IMG/VR virus record: IMGVR_UViG_3300022871_000857
Span: 1-62,962 of that record
Direction: 5' to 3' (one strand)
Source: a virus
Taxonomy: Duplodnaviria > Caudoviricetes
DNA: 62,962 bases
The notes beneath the pieces are model-generated. The model searched no databases. It was not told the DNA's origin and saw only the letters and a program-made list of their open reading frames with translations. Shown here piece after piece: positions 29,127 through 38,753 of the stretch (position 1 is the first letter of the stretch; every line of letters begins with the position of its first letter). A program made the position numbers and the translations under genes.

Positions 29127-30557
29127 TTAAACTCCTTTATTTAAGTTAATTACATTAACGTTAATTGAAATATCATCTATTCTATGAATAATACATAATA
29201 ATTGAAATGGTAGGTTTTTAAATAAATCAAAAACTAAATTTAAATTATCTTCATCTAATGAACTAAACCCCTCATCTGCTATAATAAGTCCTGTTTCATT
29301 TTTTTCTAATAATAATGAAAGTTGAAATGCAATAGATAATATTAGTTTTTCACCATTACTTAAATCTTTATATTTATATTGTTTGTCTTCTCTTGTTAAT
29401 ATAAATTCAAATTCTTTTTTATCATTTATTATAAATGAGATAGTAAATCCTATATTAGTAATTATTGAATTAATAATAGGTTCTATATGTTTCAACCATT
29501 CTTTCATATAGAAAGAAATAAAGTTATCTAAATAATTAATAGCTTCTTTAATTAAAATAGCATCTTTGGTTGTATATACATATTCTTTTTGTTTTAATCT
29601 ATTATTTAATTTTTCTCTTAATATAATTAAATTTTGTTTTCTTTCCCTACGTTTGTTTAATTCTTTTTCATTATCTTTTAATGCTTTTTCATCTTTAATT
29701 AAATTGACTTCAATTTCTTTAAGTTGTTCATTAATACTATTTATTATATTATGATGTTTTTCTATTATTGTTTTTTTATATTGATGTTCTATTATTTGTT
29801 CACAAGAAGGACAAATATCTTCAATCATTAAATTATCTATTTTAGTAGTTTCATCTTTCTTTTTAGTATTAAGTTGTACTTTGATTTTATATGAGTGATT
29901 ATAATATTTATTTTTTAATTTAATACTTTCTAAATCTAGTTCTCTTTCTTCCTTCTTTATTATATCAACACCTAATTCTAATAAACTTAATCTTTCTTCA
30001 GAAGGATAATGAGTATCTACATGTAAATTATCTTTATTAAATATCTCTTTATGTCTTTTTTCTTTCAATAAATTCATTCTTATTTTATTAATAATGTTTT
30101 CATGAAAAGAAAATAAACTTCTAGTAATTTCACTTCTATTGGATTCAAGTATATTAATACCAGTAGCATTATCTATCATTCTAAACTTTTTAAAATAATC
30201 TACATTTTTAAATAGAGTATTTAAGAAGTTTTGTTTTTCTTTATTAGTTACTATTGGCATTTCTTCATCATTTTTAATTATAGTTATTTTTGTGGGATAT
30301 TCTCTAGTTATTGTGTAATTATCTTTATCATTTATCATTTTTACTTTAACTGAACAACTAGTTGCTTTGTCTCTGGTGGGTAATTCAATTAAAGATTTTT
30401 CTGAATATCCATATAATGCAAAAAGTAATGAATCTAATACTAAAGTGCTTTTACCTGTTCCGTTGTTTCCTTTAATTAAATTAATATTGTTAAATTTAAA
30501 ATGTTCTTTACCTTCAAAACATCTAAAATTATTTAATTCTATATATTCTAATATCAT
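29127..30557 (-). CDS. SbcC/Rad50/gp46-like ATPase
   Basis: Walker A 'GNNGTGKST', Zn hook 'CPSCEQ', signature 'LSNGEK', 'DEGFSSLD'. Confidence 0.9.
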   Translation of the reverse strand: MILEYIELNNFRCFEGKEHFKFNNINLIKGNNGTGKSTLVLDSLLFALYGYSEKSLIELPTRDKATSCSVKVKMINDKDNYTITREYPTKITIIKNDEEMPIVTNKEKQNFLNTLFKNVDYFKKFRMIDNATGINILESNRSEITRSLFSFHENIINKIRMNLLKEKRHKEIFNKDNLHVDTHYPSEERLSLLELGVDIIKKEERELDLESIKLKNKYYNHSYKIKVQLNTKKKDETTKIDNLMIEDICPSCEQIIEHQYKKTIIEKHHNIINSINEQLKEIEVNLIKDEKALKDNEKELNKRRERKQNLIILREKLNNRLKQKEYVYTTKDAILIKEAINYLDNFISFYMKEWLKHIEPIINSIITNIGFTISFIINDKKEFEFILTREDKQYKYKDLSNGEKLILSIAFQLSLLLEKNETGLIIADEGFSSLDEDNLNLVFDLFKNLPFQLLCIIHRIDDISINVNVINLNKGV

Positions 30558-31417
30558 AAAATTCCCTCATCTTTAAATTGTTTTTCTAAAATATTATGTA
30601 TTTCTTTATTTTGTTTAATATTTCTTAACCACTCCTTTGCAATATCATTTATACTATTATCAGTGTTAAGTTCAGATTCTATTATATGGTTCTCAAAATT
30701 AATTTTTATTCTAAAATCATAATATGCTTTTTTAGCTTCTTCTATTTTAGTTGAATAAGATATAAGCTCATCAAATGAATTTAATGTTAATCTTACTTTT
30801 GATAAATAAGGTATATTTTCTAATTCTTTAATATCTGTAATATCATACATTGATATTGGTGTTTTTAATTCTTTAAATTCTAATTTATTGTTTTCAATAA
30901 AAGCGATATACTTAGGAACATTAATATCTTCATTAAAACTAGTATATAAACAAGAACCTAAATGATACATTTTATCTTTAACTATTTCTTGAAATGTATG
31001 TTGATGTCCTAATAAAACAAAGTTGTATCTTATTAAATCTTCAACATCACACTTATAACCTCCTATTGCTCTCAATGATTTATTTACCATAAAATGCCCG
31101 TAGAAATTATTGTTGTCTTCTAAATCATCATATATACTAATACCAAAATGGTTTAGAAAATCAATTACTGTTAAATCTTTTTCTACAGCAGGATGATTGC
31201 CTCTTAATATAGTAACTTTTCCGTATTTATATTTAAATTTAGATATCCAATAACAAGTAAAATCTAATACTTTTGCAGATAATACTTTCTTATTAACTAA
31301 ATCTCCTAAATGTATAAGTTCATCTGCATTATACTTATATATTTCATTGAATATTGAGTTTATTTCATCTATATTTTTTTCTTCTATATGAGTATCGCCT
31401 ATTATTAACTGTTTCAT
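30554..31417 (-). CDS. SbcD/Mre11/gp47-like nuclease
   Basis: GDTH, LGD, GNH, GHQH motifs; adjacent to the SbcC-like gene. Confidence 0.85.
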   Translation of the reverse strand: MKQLIIGDTHIEEKNIDEINSIFNEIYKYNADELIHLGDLVNKKVLSAKVLDFTCYWISKFKYKYGKVTILRGNHPAVEKDLTVIDFLNHFGISIYDDLEDNNNFYGHFMVNKSLRAIGGYKCDVEDLIRYNFVLLGHQHTFQEIVKDKMYHLGSCLYTSFNEDINVPKYIAFIENNKLEFKELKTPISMYDITDIKELENIPYLSKVRLTLNSFDELISYSTKIEEAKKAYYDFRIKINFENHIIESELNTDNSINDIAKEWLRNIKQNKEIHNILEKQFKDEGIL

Positions 31418-31620
31418 TTATCTTCTTTCTTATAATAATATGTTTCAGGTATCGGATTTTGAAACTTAGCAAAACAATTATGACAGATATATTCTTTATA
31501 TCCTGTTTTTACAATTTTGGTACTTGCCATTCCTATTTCTTTAACTTCTCTTAAATCGGCAACTTCATCTCTTTCCATTAGAGTTTCACCACAATTAGGA
31601 CAATTCATTTTTCTCCTCAT
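31414..31620 (-). CDS. Zn-ribbon protein
   Basis: CPNC...CHNC. Confidence 0.6.
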   Translation of the reverse strand: MRRKMNCPNCGETLMERDEVADLREVKEIGMASTKIVKTGYKEYICHNCFAKFQNPIPETYYYKKEDK

Positions 31621-31735
31621 ATTCTTTTAGAATTTCTTTTAGTTCATCTTTAGCTTCTGTTCTTTTGTATCTGTTTTTGCTTTTTTTAACTCTAGTTACA
31701 GGGTCTATTTCCCAAGTCTTTCTTATTTTTCCCAT
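31595..31735 (-). CDS. Small basic protein (46 aa, not in ORF track)
   Basis: Hand translation MGKIRKTWEIDPVTRVKKSKNRYKR...; ATG overlaps the upstream stop. Confidence 0.55.
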   Translation of the reverse strand: MGKIRKTWEIDPVTRVKKSKNRYKRTEAKDELKEILKEYEEKNELS

Positions 31736-31977
31736 TATTCCCAATCATGTCTTATTTTTATTTTAATATTCTTTTTATCTTGATTAAATAATTTAACAAA
31801 ATCAATTATTGCATCATTGAATCCTAAGTCATTATAAAATTCATATGCAACCTCAACATCATCTCCTATTTCATAACTTTGACCCTCCGAAATATTATGA
31901 CCTTTTGTTTTATTAATTAAATCAATATTATTTTTTGATACTACCGTATTATAAACAAGAGTAAGATATGTTATCAT
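31735..31977 (-). CDS. Hypothetical protein
   Basis: 80 aa, translationally coupled. Confidence 0.55.
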   Translation of the reverse strand: MITYLTLVYNTVVSKNNIDLINKTKGHNISEGQSYEIGDDVEVAYEFYNDLGFNDAIIDFVKLFNQDKKNIKIKIRHDWE

Positions 31978-33161
31978 TTTTTAACACCTTTCGATTTTAA
32001 ATCTACAGGATAAAAATTAGTATGACTTCTTTCATCTGTACATAACCATAACATTTGAGAAGGATTGCCTATAGTGCTTGCCATTCTCTCCGATAAGTCG
32101 TCTCCACCTACAGGTGAACCAATAACTATCTTTCTTTCACCAACAGACCAATGATGTACATGAGCAGATACAATTACATCCGCATCATGTATTTTTTGCC
32201 AGCCCAAATACCTAGCTTGACCTACTGGAGTTTCGTCTTGTGCATATGCTTCATGTCGTAATAAATATTTCCAATTTCTAATAGGTACTTCTAAATAATC
32301 CAATTCATTAAAATTAACTGTTAGATTTTTTAGATTTAATAGATTTTTATTTTGTGCTAATATCATATAAATCATTAAGTCCCAATTACTGGCAGGGTCA
32401 GCATCCTTACCCAATCTACCATGATTACCTTTAACACCATAAAAATCAACTGCTAATCCACGTTCAAGTAATGACATAATAATTTTCATCATATATTCAA
32501 CTACTAACATTACCTGTGTTGGAGGTGCTTCATCTTGATGGAAAGCTTGGGTAGGATAAATACCTTCTCCATTAGCCATATCTCCAGCAGACAGTATTTT
32601 TACACTATCTATTTTAACATGTTTACTAATATGTTTATCTATAAGTTTTAAACTATTATTCAATAGTTCATTTATGCTCTTTTTAAATACTTCTAAATTA
32701 TAAGTAGCTGTATCTTTTCCTGCATGCCAATCAGCCAAACCAATAACAACTGTTTCAGAACCCGAAATAGGAGTTTTTACTTTACTATAAGTAGAGTATT
32801 TAGTTAAATTTTGTTTTAATGCTTCATTTATTTTCAATGAATAAGTTGCATTATCAATAATATTATATTTTTCACATAATCTAGTTATTTCAAATAATGG
32901 AATTTCTAGTTGTTTACTTACCATAGATTTAGATTTAAAAATAGCTAATAATTTAAGTAATTCAGGTTTGCTTATGTTTGCTTTAGTATTTTTATTTAAT
33001 TCAGACCTAAAACAAGTTTTACCTTGACTTCTTAAATCTTGTAATCTATATCTTATTGTCCTTTCACTTACATTATGTAATTCAGATAATTCTTTATCAT
33101 CTAAACCTTTCTCATAGTTTTTAATTAACTGCTTTTCATCTATTGTTGTTTTATTAGACAT
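31974..33161 (-). CDS. HTH-metallophosphoesterase fusion
   Basis: N-terminal HTH 'LSELHNVSERTIRYRL'; DWH, GD, GNHG, HVH phosphoesterase motifs. Confidence 0.8.
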   Translation of the reverse strand: MSNKTTIDEKQLIKNYEKGLDDKELSELHNVSERTIRYRLQDLRSQGKTCFRSELNKNTKANISKPELLKLLAIFKSKSMVSKQLEIPLFEITRLCEKYNIIDNATYSLKINEALKQNLTKYSTYSKVKTPISGSETVVIGLADWHAGKDTATYNLEVFKKSINELLNNSLKLIDKHISKHVKIDSVKILSAGDMANGEGIYPTQAFHQDEAPPTQVMLVVEYMMKIIMSLLERGLAVDFYGVKGNHGRLGKDADPASNWDLMIYMILAQNKNLLNLKNLTVNFNELDYLEVPIRNWKYLLRHEAYAQDETPVGQARYLGWQKIHDADVIVSAHVHHWSVGERKIVIGSPVGGDDLSERMASTIGNPSQMLWLCTDERSHTNFYPVDLKSKGVKK

Positions 33162-33200
33162 TTATTGTCTCCTCTATTTTTCCTTCTTTTACTTAATATT

Positions 33201-33229
33201 ATTATATCATACTCCGGTATAAATGTCAA
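33201..33229 (-). promoter_or_regulatory. Sigma70-type promoter
   Basis: TTGACA-17 nt-TATAAT with extended -10 TG on - strand, upstream of 33161. Confidence 0.85.
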
Positions 33230-33446
33230 GTACTGTTTTTTCTATAACTTTTATACTGCCACAATCATCCAATTCCTTGCAAAAAAGAAGTCCTTCATAA
33301 TTTGCTTCTTCATATTCATCCTCATAAGTATCGGAATATTCTTTTACTAAATCTTCTGCTTTTTCTAATGCCTTTTCTTTTATACTAAAAATGTGAAATT
33401 CAATATCTATATGTTTATCTTCTTCAATTACAACATATACAATCAT
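33207..33446 (-). CDS. Hypothetical acidic protein
   Basis: 79 aa; AAGGAG RBS. Confidence 0.6.
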   Translation of the reverse strand: MIVYVVIEEDKHIDIEFHIFSIKEKALEKAEDLVKEYSDTYEDEYEEANYEGLLFCKELDDCGSIKVIEKTVLDIYTGV

Positions 33447-33466
33447 TTTTATTCTCCTTTATTAAA

Positions 33467-33540
33467 TGGAGCTGACGGTAGGTATCGAACCCACGTATAC
33501 TGCTTACAGGGCAGTCATTCTTCCATTGAATTACGCCAGC
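33467..33540 (-). tRNA. tRNA-Thr(TGT)
   Basis: GCTGGCG/CGTCAGC acceptor, ACTGC-CCTGTAA-GCAGT anticodon arm, GGTTCGATACC T-arm, encoded CCA. Confidence 0.9.
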
Positions 33541-33550
33541 AAAATATATT

Positions 33551-35665
33551 TTATTCTTCTGTTTTTTCAATTTTAAACAACTTACGGTCAGCATATTCCT
33601 GTTGCTTACCTTTATTCCATTGACTAACTGGTCTTAAATATCCTACTACTCTTGAATAAACTTCACAATCAGAATTACATTTCGGACATTTAAAATGTTC
33701 TCCAAATATATATCCATGAGAAGGACAAATACTAAATGTAGGTGTTATTGTGAAATAAGGTAATTTATAATTACTACAAATCTTTTTAACTAAATTCTTT
33801 ACTGATTCATTTGAAGGTCTTGCTTCTCCTATAAACAGGTGGACGACAGTTCCCCCAGTATATTTTGTTTGAATATTATCTTGTAAATCCAATACATCAA
33901 CTATTGAATCTGTATATCCTACAGGCAATTGAGAACTATTGGAGTAATAAGGCTCAGCACCCTTTTTATATTCTTCTTCGTTAGATACTATTATATCTTT
34001 AAATTCTTCTTTATCCATTAGAGCAAGTCTATACGCTGTGGATTCTGCTGGAGAAGCCTCTAAATTATAATTATTTCCAGTTTCTTTTTGATACTCAATT
34101 AATTTATCTCTCATAAAATCTAAGGTTTCTTCAGTAAATTTTATTCCGTTCTCACTACCTATATCTTCTTTCAAGAAATTACAACATGCCTCGTTCATTC
34201 CTACTAACCCAATAGTAGAGAAGTGATTTTTCCAATATTCACCAAATCTTTCTTTTACTGTTCTAATATAAAATTTAGTATAGGGGTATAAATCATTTTC
34301 AGTAAACTTTTCTATTATTTTTCTTTTAATTTCTAAACTCTCTTTAGCTAGAAACATTAACCTATCTAATTTGTCAAAGAACTCCTTTTTATTATTACTT
34401 AAATATGCTATTCTAGGCATATTAATCGTTACCACACCAACCGAACCAGTAAGTGCCGATGAACCAAATAAACCTCCTCCTCTTTTTTCTAATTGTTTGA
34501 GGTCTAATCTTAATCGGCAACAAAGACTCCTGGAATCTTCAGGCTTCATATCTGAAGATACAAAATTAGAAAAATATGGGATTCCGAATTTGGAAGTCAT
34601 CTGCCATAATCCATCAAAATCTTTATTATCCCAATCAAAATCTTTTGTTATATTATATGTGGGTATAGGAAAACTAAATATCTTACCTTTCCCGTCTCCC
34701 TCTGACATTACTTCAAAGAAGGCTTTATTAAACATATTCATTTCTTTTTGAAAATCACCATATGTTTCTTCTTGTTCTTCTCCGCCCATTAAGACTTTCA
34801 TATCTTTATAATTAGGAGAAACAATTAGGTCTAAAGTAACATTTGTAAATGGTGCTTGAAATCCTGTTCTTGTTGGTACGTTCATATTAAAAATAAATTC
34901 TTGTAATGCTTGTTTAACATCTTTATTAGTTAATTTATCATACCTAATAAAAGGAGCAAGTAAAGTATCAAATGAACTAAATGCTTGGGCTCCTGCTGTT
35001 TCTCCTTGTAAGGTATAGAAGAAGTTTATAATTTGACCTAATATAGTACTTAAATGTCTAGCTGGCTTACTTTCTGTCTTATATGATACTCCAGTAAACC
35101 CTGATTTTAATAAATCAAATAGGTCATGTCCAACGCAATATGAAGATAAATATGATAAGTCATGTATATGTAATTCTCCACTGTTATGTGCGTCTCTTAT
35201 TTCTTTTGGATAAATTTTATTTAACCAATATGTTTTTGTTATTTCAGATGATACATAATTGTTTAAACCCTGTAATGAAAATCCTTGATTACTATTCTCA
35301 CTTACTTTCCAATCTAATTTCTTTAAATAGTTATTAATTATAGAAGAATTAAAATCAGAAGTTATGATTCTTAATTGTTTATGTTGCTCTCTATATATAA
35401 TACAGGCTTTTGCTGTTTCTTTATATGTTGAACCTAATAATACTTCTTCCATACAATCTTGAACATCTTCAACTGTAGGATATCTATCTTCAACTGTAGT
35501 CTGTACCATTCTTATTGTTTTAGTAGCTAATTTTTTTGCTATGTCTTCATTAAATTCATTTGTTGCTTTCCCTGCTTTATTTAAGGCAAGAACCAATTTA
35601 TCAAAACTAAATTTAACTTTCTTGCCGTTACGTTTTATAATGTTTTTAAAATGTGCGTTAGTCAT
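33551..35665 (-). CDS. nrdD: Anaerobic (class III) ribonucleoside-triphosphate reductase with ATP cone
   Basis: ATP cone 'IIKRNG...VEDVQD', 'HIHDL', 'SLCCRLRL', Zn site, glycyl-radical loop 'YSRVVGYLRPV'. Confidence 0.95.
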   Translation of the reverse strand: MTNAHFKNIIKRNGKKVKFSFDKLVLALNKAGKATNEFNEDIAKKLATKTIRMVQTTVEDRYPTVEDVQDCMEEVLLGSTYKETAKACIIYREQHKQLRIITSDFNSSIINNYLKKLDWKVSENSNQGFSLQGLNNYVSSEITKTYWLNKIYPKEIRDAHNSGELHIHDLSYLSSYCVGHDLFDLLKSGFTGVSYKTESKPARHLSTILGQIINFFYTLQGETAGAQAFSSFDTLLAPFIRYDKLTNKDVKQALQEFIFNMNVPTRTGFQAPFTNVTLDLIVSPNYKDMKVLMGGEEQEETYGDFQKEMNMFNKAFFEVMSEGDGKGKIFSFPIPTYNITKDFDWDNKDFDGLWQMTSKFGIPYFSNFVSSDMKPEDSRSLCCRLRLDLKQLEKRGGGLFGSSALTGSVGVVTINMPRIAYLSNNKKEFFDKLDRLMFLAKESLEIKRKIIEKFTENDLYPYTKFYIRTVKERFGEYWKNHFSTIGLVGMNEACCNFLKEDIGSENGIKFTEETLDFMRDKLIEYQKETGNNYNLEASPAESTAYRLALMDKEEFKDIIVSNEEEYKKGAEPYYSNSSQLPVGYTDSIVDVLDLQDNIQTKYTGGTVVHLFIGEARPSNESVKNLVKKICSNYKLPYFTITPTFSICPSHGYIFGEHFKCPKCNSDCEVYSRVVGYLRPVSQWNKGKQQEYADRKLFKIEKTEE

Positions 35666-35744
35666 ATTATTCCTTCATACAAATAGATTTTAGGTGGTTT
35701 ATCTTAGTATAGTACTCTTAAAGACCTCTAGGATTGCAAAGGAC

Positions 35745-35813
35745 TGCGTAGGATGAGATAAAATAACAATATAGGTATAAGATACTCTATATGTTTTCTA
35801 TCAGTCCTACGCA
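35745..35813. other. Long imperfect hairpin upstream of nrdD
   Basis: TGCGTAGGA/TCCTACGCA outer arms with inner ATATAG/CTATAT and GTAT/ATAC pairs. Confidence 0.55.
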
Positions 35814-35834
35814 AGCCAAGCCCTCGACTTTTTT

Positions 35835-36065
35835 TTATTCTGTTGTTGCTTCTTTTTCCTTGTTGTCTTTGTCTAATGGTTTTGATTCAAGTAAATTAAT
35901 ACCTGATTCTTTCATAATAATAACTTGATTGCTTCTAACATTATGGAGAAGCTTTAAAATCAAGGTGGCTGCTTTTAACAACGCACTCTCAAATGGGCTA
36001 TCAAGTTTTGTAATTATTTCATCCATTGCTTTAATCTCTGTGTGCAAATCTTTATTACTTAACAT
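35835..36065 (-). CDS. Hypothetical protein
   Basis: 76 aa; AAGGAG RBS. Confidence 0.6.
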   Translation of the reverse strand: MLSNKDLHTEIKAMDEIITKLDSPFESALLKAATLILKLLHNVRSNQVIIMKESGINLLESKPLDKDNKEKEATTE

Positions 36066-36082
36066 ATTTTTCTCCTTTTATA

Positions 36083-36310
36083 TTATTGTCCTATTTCTAA
36101 ATTTTTATCTTTTTTGGTATAAGGTAAATATTCGTTAGTTAATCCTCCCGGAATAACACTGATTGATTCAACAATATATTTTTCATCATCTAAATTAGTA
36201 AAAAAAGTACCTAATTCACTATTACCTCCTGTAATACATAGTACCTCAATTCTTTTTGTTTGTTTATTATGTATACTTACTAAATAATCATACTTTTCTT
36301 CTTTAGCCAT
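36083..36310 (-). CDS. Hypothetical protein
   Basis: 75 aa; AAGGAGG RBS. Confidence 0.6.
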   Translation of the reverse strand: MAKEEKYDYLVSIHNKQTKRIEVLCITGGNSELGTFFTNLDDEKYIVESISVIPGGLTNEYLPYTKKDKNLEIGQ

Positions 36311-36328
36311 CTTTACCTCCTTCCCAGT

Positions 36329-36535
36329 TTAGAATAAATTAATAAACCAATATCCATAGTCTATTTGTTTTTCCTTACATAATTCCTGTGCTTTAATTAT
36401 TGCTTTTTTAAGTGTAGGAGCATGCATATCTGATTTACGTGTTTTTCTTTTTTTTTCTAACGAATCAAAAGTAGTTATGAATCCATAATATTCTTTATCT
36501 ATTATTTTTATATATAATAAGGTTTCTTCTTTCAT
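36329..36535 (-). CDS. Hypothetical protein
   Basis: 68 aa; AGGAG RBS. Confidence 0.55.
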   Translation of the reverse strand: MKEETLLYIKIIDKEYYGFITTFDSLEKKRKTRKSDMHAPTLKKAIIKAQELCKEKQIDYGYWFINLF

Positions 36536-36542
36536 ATTACTC

Positions 36543-38753
36543 CTAAAATAAAGTTAGTTGTCTAGTATCTTTTAAAGCACTTGTATTCCATTTTAAAGCC
36601 TTAAATATATTTTCTGCTTTAGTTAATATATTTCTTCTAGATATTTCATGCCAATCTATCATATTAGTATCTATTATATTTACTGTATTAGAATCTATAG
36701 CCAAAGCATTAACTTGTTCTCCATCTACTATATAATCTTTAACATGTAAGTAATGAAATAAACTTCCTTCTGCAACTTTAAATTTATTCTTAAATACTTT
36801 TTTAGAATTTTTAAATGCTCTAACATGAATAGGTAATTTTCTCTTTATTATTTTTCCATCACGTTCTACTTCTGTTTTATATTCTTTATTGACGTTTATT
36901 TTAGCAGGGAAAGATATTTCCAATAAATCTTTTTTATGTATATTGTTATTTTCATATCTTATCCAATCTATTATCTCTTTCTCACTTACTTTATCTAGTG
37001 TTCTTTTAATTAGTTCTTCCTGAAACCAAGATTCATAATTACTACTGGAAGACCTTTTCATTTCAATACCTTTAATTTCAGGTTTTTCTTTCCCATCTAT
37101 AACATTTACTCCATAATAGTGGCATTTTCCTATTATCAATAATTTATTAAAAGTACCTTCACTTTCAAAAAATATACTGACTTTATCTTTACCATATTTT
37201 TCTTTAGCCCAATCTTGAACCATTTGATTTAATAATATTATTTCGTCTTTATCTGATTTATACATTACACTATCAGTATCTAAATAGATAACCTCAAATC
37301 CTCTATTTTTCATTTCATCTTCTACATAGTGTAATAAATCTCTTGCTAAAAATGCAATTGTTGAGGCTATTTTAGGATTGTATAATCTAAAACTTGAAAA
37401 CCCTGTAACACCAAATAATGAATTTACTAAAGCTTTATAAGCATCATATTTAATTTGAGTTTTCTTTTCTACTTCTCCTTGACCTCTAACTTTTTTTAAT
37501 TCTTCTTTTAATATTGTTTTCTCTGTTATTAATTTCCTAGATAAAAACGGCAATATAGCATTTTCATCTTGATTAAAAAATAGATTATCTATCTCTATAC
37601 ATCCTTTTTCTTTCTCATCTTTCAAATTAACATCATCTAAACAAAAATTAATTAATTGTTCTGGATACATAGATGAAATATCTGCTTTATATATATTATA
37701 GAATCTTCCTGAATCTGCTCTACGATATGCACCCTGAAAAGATTCTTCTTTAAACGAACTATCTTTAAATGGTCTAGAAGGTAATACAACATTCCTATTT
37801 TTAGCTTCATCTAAAATTAGATTATCTATAATCCTACTGTTATGTATTAAATCTTCCCATTCTGTTTTTGTAAAAATTCTTATTTCATCATAATAATCCA
37901 ATAGATGATATTTTTCTTCAAGCTTAACCATTCTATTAACATCATTTATATTTTTTGCTTTAACTATTTCAGATACTTCTCCGAAGTCAGTATCTTGCCA
38001 TTTTTCTTCATTTAGATGAATCTGTGCTATATAATCTAAAGCATATGATTTTTCTGTTCGATATAATCTCTTAAACCAAATCAAATAATCTATAACACTT
38101 ATGCCTGCAGGATAAAATAATTTCTTATCTCCTCTAGCATATCTACTTTCATTTATAGGACTTAATTCCTGTGCTAAATATCTATCATATTTTTTATATA
38201 ATCTATGATATAGATAATTATAATCAAAATTTACATTCCAACTAGCCCATATATCTGGAGGATTATCTTTGAAGTATTTAATAAAATCATTTAATAACTG
38301 TTCTTCTTGTTCATCTAATGTTCCTGAATAATCTTTAATATACCAAACCATAATACTACTAGGATTTAAATTATCATATAAACTTATACATGATACTGTA
38401 TCCTTGGCTTCATGAACTACAGGTAGTTTTTTAGCTATAATTTCAATATCAATGAAAAAATATCTAATTGATGTCTTGTCAAATTTGTCTATTTTGTGAA
38501 TTAAGTAGTTAGTTGTGAATGGTATATCTGCACTAAAACTATCACTTCTTCTATCTTTATAAATGTTTCGGGGATTAGAAGTAACTACTTTCTTTAGTTT
38601 CTGTCCATTATATCCTATACTTTTACCGTCAGCACTCGGTTCAAAATAGAAAGGGAAAAAAGTATTGTCTTCTATTATTTCTTGCTGTCCTTCTCTGTCT
38701 CTACAAAATAAATAAATATTTCTATCTTTATTGTGGATGTTCTGTAGACGCAT
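36543..38753 (-). CDS. Family B DNA polymerase
   Basis: Exo 'FIDIE', 'WNVNFD', 'YALDYIA'; polymerase 'DISSMYP', 'KALVNSLFG', 'YLDTDS', 'KGIE'. Confidence 0.95.
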   Translation of the reverse strand: MRLQNIHNKDRNIYLFCRDREGQQEIIEDNTFFPFYFEPSADGKSIGYNGQKLKKVVTSNPRNIYKDRRSDSFSADIPFTTNYLIHKIDKFDKTSIRYFFIDIEIIAKKLPVVHEAKDTVSCISLYDNLNPSSIMVWYIKDYSGTLDEQEEQLLNDFIKYFKDNPPDIWASWNVNFDYNYLYHRLYKKYDRYLAQELSPINESRYARGDKKLFYPAGISVIDYLIWFKRLYRTEKSYALDYIAQIHLNEEKWQDTDFGEVSEIVKAKNINDVNRMVKLEEKYHLLDYYDEIRIFTKTEWEDLIHNSRIIDNLILDEAKNRNVVLPSRPFKDSSFKEESFQGAYRRADSGRFYNIYKADISSMYPEQLINFCLDDVNLKDEKEKGCIEIDNLFFNQDENAILPFLSRKLITEKTILKEELKKVRGQGEVEKKTQIKYDAYKALVNSLFGVTGFSSFRLYNPKIASTIAFLARDLLHYVEDEMKNRGFEVIYLDTDSVMYKSDKDEIILLNQMVQDWAKEKYGKDKVSIFFESEGTFNKLLIIGKCHYYGVNVIDGKEKPEIKGIEMKRSSSSNYESWFQEELIKRTLDKVSEKEIIDWIRYENNNIHKKDLLEISFPAKINVNKEYKTEVERDGKIIKRKLPIHVRAFKNSKKVFKNKFKVAEGSLFHYLHVKDYIVDGEQVNALAIDSNTVNIIDTNMIDWHEISRRNILTKAENIFKALKWNTSALKDTRQLTLF

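Noticed and set aside
35666-35700. NrdR box upstream of nrdD
   Set aside because: No adequate match to the NrdR palindromic consensus.
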